DNA of 36,238 bases from Lophium mytilinum (Eukaryota): positions 1,620,018-1,656,255 of the forward strand of contig MU004187.1 in the NCBI GenBank assembly GCA_010093605.1. The letters run 5' to 3'. Within the stretch, counting starts at the first letter, position 1, and each line of letters begins with the position of its first letter. The position numbers were made by a program, and so were the translations under genes. The notes beneath the pieces were generated by a model. That model was not told where the DNA came from, did no database searches, and worked only from the letters and a program-made list of their open reading frames with translations. This document shows positions 1 to 11,589 of the stretch, piece by piece.

Positions 1-146
1 TATTTATAGAAGCTGTAAAAGATAACTAGTTTATAGAAGTTATAAAAGATAATAAGTCTATAAAAGATAACGGCTCTATAAAAGATAATAGCTCTGTAAA
101 AAAGTAATAGCGCCCTTAAAAGATAATAGAGGGCGTGTAAGTAGTA

Positions 147-244
147 GTAATTAAGCTATAGTAATTAGTATATAGTAATTAAGCTGTAGTAATTAGTATA
201 TAGTAATTAAGCTATAGTAATTAGTATATAGTAATTAAGCTATA
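147..244. repeat. Tandem repeat, 28-bp period made of alternating 14-mers (gtaattaagctata / gtaattagtatata), 3.5 copies
   Basis: Read directly; lies immediately 3' of the pol stop of element 1. Confidence 0.9.
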
Positions 245-248
245 GCGA

Positions 249-3200
249 TTAGCTTTTATAGGCTAGATTGTATGCAGCGACAAGCTTATTATTAATGTCC
301 TTCTAGCGCGTCTAGCGGTTCTCTTTAGGCCTATAGCCTTTCTACTTAACTAGGTACTCTATAAATAGCTTCTTTAAGCGCCTAATATAGTAATAATAGC
401 AATTTAAGAGCTTCTTAACCTTATAGAAGGCGCCGCTCTTATTATTGCGGTTATTTTTAACGGCAGGCGGTTCCTCTTAAATGGGCCGCCTAAAGGGGTT
501 ATCCTTAGAAGCCGGTGCTAGCTTAAGCTATTCTACTAAGATAATAGGGTGTATTTTCTAGGTGGGAGGTAAGTTAACTTTATAGGCGTTATAACTAATA
601 GCCTGTATTACTAGTTAAGGCCCTATACGCTATTATCTAAACTTGCAGTAGATGCTAGAAACCTTAAAACCCTTATAGAGGCGTATATATATAAGGTCTC
701 CCGGTTAGAGATGCAGGGGTGCGTATTTTTTATTAAAACAGGCTTTTATTCTTACAGCGGCGTAGGCAATTAAGTTGGCAGCCTTCTAGCGTAGCCTCTG
801 CCGGGCTTCTAAAAAGCTTAACGCTTCTAGGTTAAGAGGCTATGCAGGTGTAGTTGTAGGCGTTGCAGGCGTTACTAATATTAACGTTAATAACTAAGTT
901 GCTGCCGCCGGCGTTGTAGCTAACGCGGGCGTTATAACTGGCGCGGACGTCTAAGTTGCTATTGTTGGAAGCCCCTTACTTAGCCGGAAGCCGTAGATAA
1001 TCTTATTTAGCGACTTGCTAGTAGACTAGTTAATAGAGTTATTTAACGTCCGGCGTAGTGCAGGTAGAATTACGTGCTACTTAGTATTCCCTTGTAATAG
1101 GTAGTAGCGGATTGCTAGCTTAACGGTCTAGTTTATGCGCTTTAATTAGCTATCTATATAAGAGTAGTAAGCTATAGATATAAGAATCTTAGTACTAAGG
1201 CGTAAGAATAGTAAGCGCTAAAAGGCTAATATAAACTTCTTGTTGCAATCTATTACTATTGTAGCTAGGACGCCCTAGTTAGTAAGTATATTAAGTATAA
1301 CTCCTACCTAGTCTTTAGCGTTGTAGGTGTCTTTCCCGGGCCTAATAGCTACGCGCTTTAAAAACTTGCAGGTGACTGTAATAAACGCGTTATAGCCTTG
1401 TTTACTAGATTCTAGAAGCCTAATAATAAAGTCTAAGGTAACTATATAGAATAGTATATTAGGCGTCTATACGGGTATAAGAGTTCTATACGGCTTATAG
1501 CGAGTTATTATTATAGTCCCGTAGACCTAATAATAGTCTAGGTATAGCTATAGGCGGCGAGCTAGATAGCGTAAGTAATATATAGCTTATACACGTTTAT
1601 AGGCCCTATAGAAGCCGGCGTAGAAGTAAGCGTTATAGTACTCTATAAAGATGTCGCCCTTAAGGGCTTTAGGTATATAGAGCTAGAGCCTGCTGTCTAT
1701 CTTATCGCGGTAATAGATAAGGCCCTTAATTAGTATAAAGGGGAGTCTAGGCGTATATATTACGCTTAGGGCCCTAGAAGCTAACTTGCTAGCTTCTATG
1801 CGTAGAAGGCTTATTATATTAGACTAGTGCTTATCTATGCTATAGGCCTTAATAAGTTATGCGCGGAAGTTATTAGTAATATAGATAACTAAGGTGCTAT
1901 ATATTAGGGGCTTAATATTAGTGTAGAAGGCTAATAGGTTTTTAAGCGTGTTTATAGTGGCGTCTCCGGGCCTAGCTGCTTATATAGATAGGCGAGAGAG
2001 GGCGTCTAGTACTAGGTATTACTTGCCTAGCCTATAGCGTATATCTAGACGGAACTATAAGAGATATTAAGACGCCCGGATAAGGCGGATGTTTAACTTA
2101 TCTACGGAAGATATGGATAATAAGGTCGCCCTTGTAATTTCTATTATTGCGGCGTAATCCGTGATTATAATTATAGGGTCTTTAGCGGCGTCTAGAAGAT
2201 AGCGGATTTAATAGACTACCTAGTAGAGGTAGGCTACCTTAAGCTCTATAGGCTAGTAGTTCTATTTAGTAGCTAATAGTAGCTTACTAAGGAAGAGTAT
2301 AGGCTATATTTAATTTTATTTAATATTATTAATAGATTATGGGTCGCCAATAATATAATATACTATAACGCCGTAGCCTAGCTTAAACGCGTTAATATTA
2401 ACGTATAGCTGCTGCTTTAGCTAATAATAAGCTAGGAAGGAGGAGTTATTAAAGGCTTACTATAAGGCTTTAAAGAATTTCTAGAGGTTAGCGGTGTCCT
2501 CTATATGCGTGCTGCGCGTGTAGTAATTATAGGCGTGTCCTGTAACGGGCGCGGTCTTAAGAAGCTATATTTTCTCTATCTAGAGGGCCTCTAATAGTTA
2601 CGCGTAGTACCTAATATACTAACGCAGCTATCTTATAAGGCCTAGGTAGTGCTTAAGCTTTTTTAGAGTAGCCGGGAAGTTTAGGTTGTATATAGCTACA
2701 ATTTTCTTAGCGGCGGTAGAGAGTTCTAGGGCGTTAACCTTCTAGCTAAAAAGCGTAATTAACGGGTAGCTAAGATATAACTTCTGGCCTTTTAGTATAA
2801 TGTTAAACTTAGTAAGGGCGTTAAAGAGTAGGCGTAGGTGCTATAGGTGCTTCTCTAATATCTTGCTAAAGATAACTATATTATTAATATAGGCCTTATA
2901 GAACGCTAATAGTTCTAATAGCTATATAATTCTATTAATTTGTCGCTATATATATGTAGGGGACCCGTAATAGCCTATTACAGCTACATTAAAGTGTTCT
3001 TAGCCTCTATAAGAGACAACTATAAACTTCTCTCTATTACTGTAGGCAACTAGCTACTAATAGAAAAAGGAGGCGGCGTTGATAGTAGAGATATACGGGC
3101 ACCTAATAACGGCGCTAGTTAGCTTCTTCTATTAAGGTAATAGATAGCTGTTCTTTATAGAGACCTTATTTAGGCCCCGGATATCTATAATAATACGGCC

Positions 3201-6200
3201 CTTTCTTACTAGCTAGCTATTAATAGTTACTGTCCTCTACACGATAAATACGGGAAAGCTAAACTTAGTTAGCTACTTAGACTATTCCATTCTTTTCTAT
3301 TTATATAGCTTGTTAAATTCTTTATTAATAAGGGCGCGTTTCTAAGGCCCGAGAGAGTAAACCTAGTGCGCTAACTTAGCGCTAGAGAGGTTTTATATAA
3401 GGGGTATCTGCAGCTACTAATTTTTAGGCACGCGAGCTAATTTTCTATTATCTATAAAGAGTGGTTTAAAGCCTTAGAGGAGGTTACTATACTTTTTAGT
3501 AACCGCGATTAATATGGCGTACACGGTGACGCTAAAGGGGCCCTTAAACTCCGTGTGCTGGGCGTCTATAGGCTTAATTACGGTTATAGTTACTAGTAGA
3601 GTTATAAGGTACGGGGGTGTTATAGAAGACGGGAGTATTAGGGATAAAAAGGACGTGGGCGTTATAAAAGACGGGATTATTATAGATTCTACGGTCGCGC
3701 GGTTTAACGCGCTTATAGAAGAGGGCTTATTAGAGAGCTTAATCTAGAGCTTAATCTATTTAGAGAGCCCGTTAGAGAACTTAATCTAATCTACGGCGCT
3801 ATTATAGGCGCTATAGTATAGAAAGTTATCTTCTAGAGGCTACTAAAACGGGGCGTGTTAAAAGGCGAGGTTGTAATTTTTAATATCTATAAGGTAGGCG
3901 GCTTTCTCTAGATAATCTTCTAGGGTTCTAAGGCGGGTGTTCTTAGAAACTATGTACGCCTTATTAGAGTTATTGCGCATAAGGATGGCTAAGAAGTTAA
4001 CATCTATAATGTATGCATAGACTCCGCCGTCTAGGCTAAGTTATAGAGTATAGAACTCCGGCGTAAAGGTAAGGTCTCTATCTAGTAAGCTATCGCGTTT
4101 GCGTATAGTAATAGATATAGCGGTAACTATATTAAAGGGTATTACTATAGAGCTTCCCGCTATTATAAGGCGTTAAACGCGGACGTTAGAGCCTCTAGCT
4201 TGCACGGAAATTAGCACCTTAATATTATTATAGCTGCTAATCTAAATATAGCGTCTTTTTAGGTTGAGGATAAAGCCCTCTAGGGTTAGTATATTAGTGC
4301 TAATTAAGAGATTAGCCTATAGGTAGTTAATAACGTGGGCCTTAAACTATATAATTGCTATAGCTTCGCCGCCGCTATTACTTAGGCGCCCGGGTATGTA
4401 TAAGGTTACAACGCAGAAGTTAGAGGTTAGCGTTAGGCGGTTGCTAACGCTATAAACTAGAACTGTTTATTTTAAGCTCTAAATTTTATACGGGTTGCTG
4501 TATTTTTTAAGAAAGTCTCTTTCTATAAGCGTTATTATATTGCCGCTATTAGGGGTTATATTCTTAAGGGCTCCGTTCTTTACAAGGGCTGCCTTTATTA
4601 TAATATAGTAGTAGCCCCGGAATATAAGGCCGGAGCTAAGCTGTTTTATAGCGTTTAAGCTAACATAGCTGTTAATAAGGCGTAAGCTAACAACCTTAAC
4701 GGCCTAACAGGTAACCTTATTGTCGGGCGTTTTTGGGGGCGAGGCCTTCTAAGGGCGTATTTATAATATTGGAGAGCACTTATAATGCAGGTATTAGAAG
4801 AGCGTGTTATTTAAGGGGAAGCTTATAGAATAGGTCTAGTACTAATATTAGGGGGATAAGACTATTAGAGAGGTTATAGCGTTGTAGACGTCTACAGACC
4901 CGGCGTTAATAAGGTTATTCTAGACGTTATTATTATAGTTTTAGGCGTTGCTGTAATTCTAGTTGTAGGCGTTATGCTATTTAAAGGGTCTATTATAGCC
5001 GTTATTCTCTAGGTAGTATTTAAGCTGGGCGTTCTTAGTCTAGGGCTTCTCTTCTTTCTAGGGTTCTAGACCTTCTTACTTATTATTGCCGGCGTTAGCG
5101 TTAGTATTATAGGCGGCGGTCTTATAGGACTGTCTACTATACTAGTTAGGCCTAGTAAACTAACCTTAGTTTCTAAAGCCTTCTTAATTAAAGCCTTCTT
5201 AACGGTTCTATAAGGATTAAGACTGGGCCGGCGCATTGCTGCTTATAAGGAGGAGTAGTTAACGCGGCGCCGGAAGCGCAGGTTTTAAGGGCGCTGTGGG
5301 GGCGTTTAGAGCCTATAGCTACTAATACTAGGCGTAAGCGTTAGAATATAAGAAGTTGCTAGGTCGGCTTCTAAACTAGTTCTAGTAACCTTAGTACTAC
5401 TAAGAGCTGTACTACTAGTTCTACTAGTTCTAAGGTTGTACTAACAGCTAGAAAGTCCGTTAAGAAGAAGAGAAGGAGTTTTAAGAATACTAACCGCTTT
5501 AGAAGAGCGAGCTGCGTAAGTAGATATTAGTAAGATTACTCTAATTATTACGTTGGGCCTTTAAGTTCTAGATAAACTTATAGACTGCTGTATTTACTAT
5601 AGGCGCTAAAAGACTATTACGGAGTAAGGGGTTAACTCCTTTCTAGGTAAAGGTAAGGCTGTTCTTTATATTCTTAAGGTTAGCGGCCTTTGCGCTGTAG
5701 AGAATATTGTAAATATAGGTAGATAGGCTGCGTCTATTTCTAGCATTCTATAAGGTATAGAACGCTAATATAAGCTTATTTAAGAACTTTATTAGGGGCT
5801 TCTTAAATTAATAGACTAAGGCCTTGCACTAGCTATTCTTAAGGGATAGCTAGCGGAGGCCGCCCTTTTTTAATTCTGTAAGAGAGGACGTAAACTATAT
5901 TAGGGCGCCGCTATATAGGTATTAGGGTAGCTTATTCTTAATAAGCTCTTTAGATTATTCTAGTAGCCTAGTAATGTCTTTAGCGTGTTCTATAAATATA
6001 TAGACGTTGCGGATATATATATTATTACTAATGTAGAAGACGTTGTTAGTAACGTCTAGATTTAGCTAGAAGTAGCTAATCTCTTGCACGCGGAAGCCGC
6101 CTTCGCTATTGCCGCCTCTAACGCTATTAGCGCCTGCGGGGCCCTAGGCTTCTAGAGGTCCTAGAGGTCCTGCAGGTCCTTATTAGGGGGCCTGTATTTA

Positions 6201-6278
6201 TATTTAGCCGGCGACGCGGGTAATAGCTTAATTAATAAGATTATTAAGCTATTATAGCTGGGCAGTATTAAACGCCAT
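249..6278 (-). pseudogene. Single-ORF gag-pol polyprotein (~2010 codons) of Gypsy element 1
   Basis: ATG at 6278, protease (N>D)SG at 4550-4542, RT AYI(N>D)(N>D)IVIFS at ~2894-2866, RNase H YV(N>D)I(N>D)AFK at ~2405-2385, integrase TLDFI at ~1440-1425, GPF-like motif ~620, chromodomain EYLVK(W)KGY at ~360-330, stop 251-249. Start, protease, RT and stop coordinates are all in one frame; internal stops are RIP-type. Confidence 0.9.
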
Positions 6279-6716
6279 ATTAGGCAACGGGTTCTAATTC
6301 TCGTTGCGGGGGACGTGCTCTATTTAGTTAGAGCGCCCGGAGTTAGCTAAGTGCGGAGAGTTAACGCTAATAGTAAGCTAACATTGCTTAAGCTGTTGGG
6401 CGAAGTTCCTAATGTTAGTCTAGAGGGTATAAGCTAATAATAGCTACTTAGATAGATACACCTAGCGAAAGCTAGGTAGCGGCTGGTTGGCGACTAGGAA
6501 TTAAATAAGAAAGCCACTTCTAAGAGCTGCGTTAAGTAACTAGCTCTGGATTTAGCCGGCGTTGGCACGCTTAAAGGCGTAAAGCTAGTGCCTAAGGCGG
6601 ATAATATTCTAGGGTAGGTCTAGGTAGGTATACTGCGGTAAGGGAGTGTTAGAGCTACTTATACTAGATATAGAGATTAGTAAGTAATAGCCTAAAAGGC
6701 TTAACGCGAATATTAA

Positions 6717-6818
6717 GCTAATAGCGGCCGTAAGAGACTAATAGTAGCCGTAAAAGACTAATAATAGCCTATAAAAGGCTAATAGCGGCCTATAAAAGGC
6801 TAATAGCGGCCTATAAAA
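6717..6818. repeat. ~20-21-bp tandem repeat (ctaatagcggcctataaaagg-like, ~5 copies) in the 5' leader of element 1
   Basis: Read directly. Confidence 0.8.
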
Positions 6819-6879
6819 AATATAGACGTCTAGCTTATAGTTAATAGTAAGCTTATCTTTACGCGGCCGTTGGAGAGCT

Positions 6880-7292
6880 TATTACCAACGTGCGTAATAA
6901 GGTAGATATAGATAAGAAGATAAGTAATAAAAGGGAGTTAAGAGAGTTAATAAGAAAGTTAATAAAGGAGAGATTCTAATAGAAGGTAGATAGGGTTTAT
7001 TAATAACGTAGTTTTCTATAAACTATAGAACTACTTCCTTAAGGCCTATAGAACCTTCCGCGCCTAGATAGGTAAGGTTATATAGAATAGCGGAACCTAG
7101 AAGTTATTAAAGACTAGACCTTCTAGAAAGCCGTGGAAGATATTCTAGGAAGCTGTAAAAGATAATAGGTTATTAAAGATAGCGGCTTTCTAGAAGTTAC
7201 TAAAGACGGTAAGTTTTAAGAAGATAGCTAGTTTTAGAAAGTTATTAATGGCAGAAGGCTGTAGCACGGTAGTTACTAGGTAGTTGTTAATA
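6880..7292 (-). repeat. Probable 5' LTR of Gypsy element 1 (left boundary uncertain)
   Basis: Lies upstream of gag. Minus strand starts tattaac (RIPped TGT..) and contains a CT-rich tract. No partner LTR in the window to fix the boundary. Confidence 0.5.
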
Positions 7293-8339
7293 ATATTATA
7301 GCTCTTTCTGGAGTTAAGTTGGGTACTAGCGTATAGGACGCTAAGGTCTATAATATAGGCGGTTAAGGACGCTAGTAGAGTAGCGCTTATAGACGTAATA
7401 GGGCTTATAAGAGCTTAAGGTTAAGGTCTTATAAGCTAGATATTAACGCCTTCCGGGTTAAGGTTAAGGTCTTATAAAGGCTGCGGTTAATAGAGGACTA
7501 CTTATACGCGAGGTTAAGGGTAATAGCTTCTTAGTATTCTAGCATTCTCTATAAGTTATAGAGGCCTGCAGATCTAGTGCTTATAGTATATAATGCTAGT
7601 AAGCTTATTATAGGGCTCTAGTAATGGCTATACTAAGCTACTATTTATTAAGAACGTAGAGGTAAAAGGTGTCCTATTAGCTAGCTAGTAGGCGTAGCCT
7701 TAAGAGCTACGCCGGCGTATAGAACGCCGGCGTCCGGCTAGGCGTATACATAAACGTCCGTTATATGCTATACGCTAGAGCCTGTTATCTATAGAACCGT
7801 AATAGTTTATCTATAATTATAGATTATAGTATAGTATATACTAGACTTCCGCTAAGTATACTAAGGTTATAAGGCTACTAATATAATAGGTAAACGCTTA
7901 CTAATATTTAAATTCTATAACCTTATAATTAGTCCCTCTATTATAATTAGTTCTTCTATATACTTACTATAACTCCGCAGCCTTACTATTATAATTAGCC
8001 TTTCTATTTCTACCTCTTTCTATATACTTACTATAGCTTTATAGCCTTATAGTTTATATAGTTTCTATTTAGAGAAGAGGTTTCTTTCTTAAAAGGGGGG
8101 GGTAGTATAATAGATCTAGGCCTCTTTTCTAGCTATAAACCTAGCACGTGCCTAATAGTTATATACTTACTAGGAATATTATTATTCTACTACTAGCGTA
8201 TTTCTCTAGATAGATTATAAGTAGCCTTATACTCTAGCTTCTTATAGTACGTCTTATAATATAATTCTACTTTTTATTTAATACGCCTCTATACCTTACT
8301 ACCTATAATATAATTAGATTAGAACTAAGTACTATTATA
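7293..8339 (+). mobile_element. 3' portion of a second LTR retrotransposon (3' untranslated region, PPT, LTR), probably the target of element 1
   Basis: Polypurine tract aaaagggggggg at 8091-8102, followed after tag by a segment bounded by the 8-bp inverted repeat tataatag (8106) / ctattata (8339), i.e. RIPped TG...CA ends. Assignment of 7293-8090 to this element is by position only. Confidence 0.6.
8106..8339 (+). repeat. Putative 3' LTR (234 bp)
   Basis: Upstream PPT and 8-bp terminal inverted repeat. Confidence 0.6.
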
Positions 8340-9461
8340 TCTAGTAAGATATTAGTTGCGTTAAGAGGCTTTTATCTAAACGCGTATTTAATAGCTAAAT
8401 TATCTAGTAGAATATAGGTACTATATAGTAGTTAATTAGTCTCCTAAATATCTAAGTATTACCCTATTATCTTTCTTATCTACTTCTAACCTACCTCTAC
8501 TAATTTTAAGCTATACTTAAGAGTTAGCCTTATAGCATACTATAATAGGTAAACCTAAGTATTACTAACCTATATATATTCTAGAGGCGTAGCCTATAAA
8601 ATATAACTATATAATTCTACTACTTCTAGAAAGGCTAAATCTATAAGAAGAAGCACGCTAATTTAGTTATTAGAGCGCAAGCTATAAAAGATAGAGAAAG
8701 AGTAGAAACTACTAAGTAGAGCCTCTAGAAAGCGCTATCTAAAGTAGTAGAAAGCTATAAAAGAGAGAGATATATAGGCTAGTTAAATATAAACTATAGT
8801 TAGCCTAGCGCTAGTAGAAGTAAGTAAGTAGATAAAAAGTATAATAAATATATAGGTAGGTAATACTAGTCTTTCTAGGTAGATTAAAGTAGGTATTCTC
8901 TATATAGAGGCGGTATACGCGCTAGTAGAAAAGCTAGAGAGTAAGAGTACTTATTTAGTAAGAAAGAAAGTAGGTAAGTAAGCTATTCTATAGTATAAGC
9001 TAAATTAGTAATACTTATAAAAAGAGTAGATAGTAAGAAGATATATAAATTAGTACTACTACCTACTAGCTTATAGGGCGCAACTTTAGTAGATAATAAG
9101 CTACTATTAAAGGTAGAAAGGCGCGTAGTAGCTTAGGTAATAATAAGTAGTATAGTACCTTTTTAGATAGCTATAGCTAACTTTTCTTTCTATTTTAAAA
9201 ACCTTAATCTATTAGCTACTAATCTAGTAGAGCTTATAATGCTAACTTAAATAATAGAGAGGGGCATCTATATATAGAAATTAGCCTTCCTCCCTATATT
9301 AATTAATCTAGGTAAGTAGAAGGTAATATTAGGTAGAAGTTATTACTAATCTATTAAGTATTACTAAAAGCTAATAGGTATAGATAAATATTAAGGTAGA
9401 GGCTAATTATTACTAATTATTAAATAGTAGAGTTTTTTAAGCTATATAACTCTTTACTAAG

Positions 9462-11037
9462 GATATAATGTAATTAAATTTGCAGCACCTTAGAAATACA
9501 ACCTAAGAAGGGCCCCTAGGGGCTACTTAAGGCCCTATAAATATTTACACGCAGTATTAGAGCTCTATAAGCTATGCTGGCGGTATTATAGTAGAATTAT
9601 ATATCGCAACCCCTATTGTGCAGCATTATTAATAATAATAATAATAATAACACTACTACTAATAACACTAATAACAACCCTAAAACTAAACCTACTAACT
9701 AAAGACTAAGTAGAATATTTACGCTAATGTCTAAGCGCTTATTAAAGAAGCCTATAGTATATAGAACTCTCTATAGAATAAGCCTATATTCTCTAACCCT
9801 AAGATAAATAACGCCCTTAAGCACCTCTAGAACTTCGCCGGGCGTATACTAGCTAGCCTCTTAGGTACTGCGGAGGACCTATAATAAACGCCATAGAGAA
9901 AGACAATAAAGATAATAGAGGAAATATAGAAGGGCGTATAGGCGCTATTTATATAAGGAATAACCTACGCAGCGGTAATAGCAGCAGGAAGAAATAGTAA
10001 GACTGCAGAAAATAGGGAGTATATAATATAGACTATCTATAAAATTACTATATATATTAAGGATAAGAAGAAACGCGCCGCAATAAATAAGAACTTAAAC
10101 GCAACTATTACCTATAAGCTCTAAGCGGTAGAAGAGCCTAATATAATAAAGATCTACGGCGTTAGAAAGCTCTAGAGCGGAGACGTAAAGGCCTACATGC
10201 TAGACGTAACTACTAAGGAAGCCCTATTAAAAAAGAAGAAATAGATAAAGGTTCTAGATAAAATAGTATAAATTTAACTACCTAAGGTCCTTCTAGAGGT
10301 GTACGGAGTACCTAAAGAGACGGACCTAGAGGACCTAATACTATAAAGCAGTATTATATAAGATAATAAGGTACTATACCTAGGCCTAGCTATATATAAG
10401 ATTATATGGAAGCACCTAAATTAGATCTAGGCTATTAGAAATAACCCTAAACAGCGCGCCTTATTAGCTATAGTTACTATAGGTACGGAGGTAATAGTAA
10501 ATAAGATTATAGATAGCGGGCTAGCATAGAATAGATATATACTAGAGGCTATAAAGTATAAGGTAGGCTTTATAGCTATTTAATACTTCTAATACTAGGG
10601 CTATAGGCACGTTACTAGATACTATAAGAAGGAGGCGGTATACGCAGCGTGCGCAGGAGCTTATAATATAAGATAATGCACGGAGAAAAGTATTAGAAAG
10701 TGCGCTAACTATAAGAGAAGCTATCTATTATACAGTGCAGCGTGCACTATAAAAAAGAATACTTAACTAAAAGCTAATATAAAGAGGTAGGCAGTACTAA
10801 CCCACTATAGGGCTAATAATAGCCCTAATAATAACACTAATAATACGCCGGGCATAGTAATATTCTAATCTATAATAGAATTATAAGCTCTTAACGCGGT
10901 AAGTAGAAAGAGAAAGGCTACTAAGAATAGTAATACACTAGATAGCAGCACCCTAAGAAGAGTAGAATGCCCCTCTATATCCGCTATATTTACCGCGTAT
11001 AAGAACCTAAAATAACTAAAGATAAATAGAGTACTAT
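9462..11037 (+). mobile_element. Tad1-like LINE, copy 1: 5' UTR and most of ORF1; truncated by an assembly gap
   Basis: Collinear with 24145-24337 plus 27559-28948, differing mainly by transitions. Three CCHC knuckles at 10581-10745. Confidence 0.92.
9567..11037 (+). pseudogene. LINE ORF1 (gag-like nucleic-acid-binding protein), copy 1
   Basis: De-RIPped frame gives an N-terminal poly-Q/H tract, TYAAV motif ~9963, and knuckles QCFQCQGYGHVARYC, CAACAGAHNTRQC, CANCKGSHPSYSAAC. Start codon inferred from ATA. Confidence 0.85.
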
Positions 11038-11047
11038 NNNNNNNNNN
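11038..11047. other. Assembly gap (10 N)
   Basis: N run; sequence on the two sides is unrelated, so the true size is unknown. Confidence 1.
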
Positions 11048-11589
11048 CTACTTTAAACTTTACCTTCTATCTAGCCTTTTAATTCTAATTCTTATCTACT
11101 ATTCTTACCTATCTTTCCTCTCTTATCCTTCTTCTTCTCTATCTCTCTCTTTTCTCTCTCTCTTCTTCTTCTCCTTTCTTTCTTATACGCTAACTTTCTT
11201 CTCTACGCCTTAGGCTTATCTATACTTACTATATTTCTAGTACTACTTTATAAGTACTTCTTTAATAGATATTATACCTATTTAAAAGTATAACTAAGAG
11301 TAGCTACTTCTATTACTAGCGTGTATAGATTTATATATCTTCTACTATAGTTACCTTATTTTTTAATATGCGTAATTTTAAGGTTAATTATACTATAAGT
11401 AGCGTCTACTATTATAACTTTATAGGTAAGTAACTATTTTACTTATTACTTACTATTACTATTTATCTAATATTATTAGCCTTCTATCTACCCTTACCCG
11501 CATTACTATATAATACTATTCTATCTACTAACTCTACCCCCTTCTATCTACCTTTCTTATACTCTAACTTCTTATTTTATTTATTTAAT

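Larger units (their letters stand above)
1..7292 (-). mobile_element. Ty3/Gypsy chromovirus-type LTR retrotransposon, RIP-inactivated; 3' LTR not identified within the window
   Basis: Minus-strand gag-PR-RT-RNaseH-IN-chromodomain order. Right end ...gttgttaata (7283-7292) reads as a RIPped TGT... LTR start on the minus strand. Confidence 0.92.

Noticed and set aside
147..244. CRISPR-like periodic array
   Set aside because: Units are contiguous with no unique spacers; eukaryotic retrotransposon context.
3514..3747. 77-aa plus-strand ORF from the track
   Set aside because: Antisense to the Gypsy polyprotein (protease-RT linker); a chance stop-free stretch.
6866..6890. tRNA-type PBS or hairpin (cgttgg...ccaacg) for element 1
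   Set aside because: Cannot be tied to a defined LTR end and matches no tRNA 3' end I can confirm; the stem is only 6 bp.
7294..7560. Solo LTR starting tattatagct
   Set aside because: Shares only the first ~10 nt with the 14162 LTR; no matching end or TSD found.
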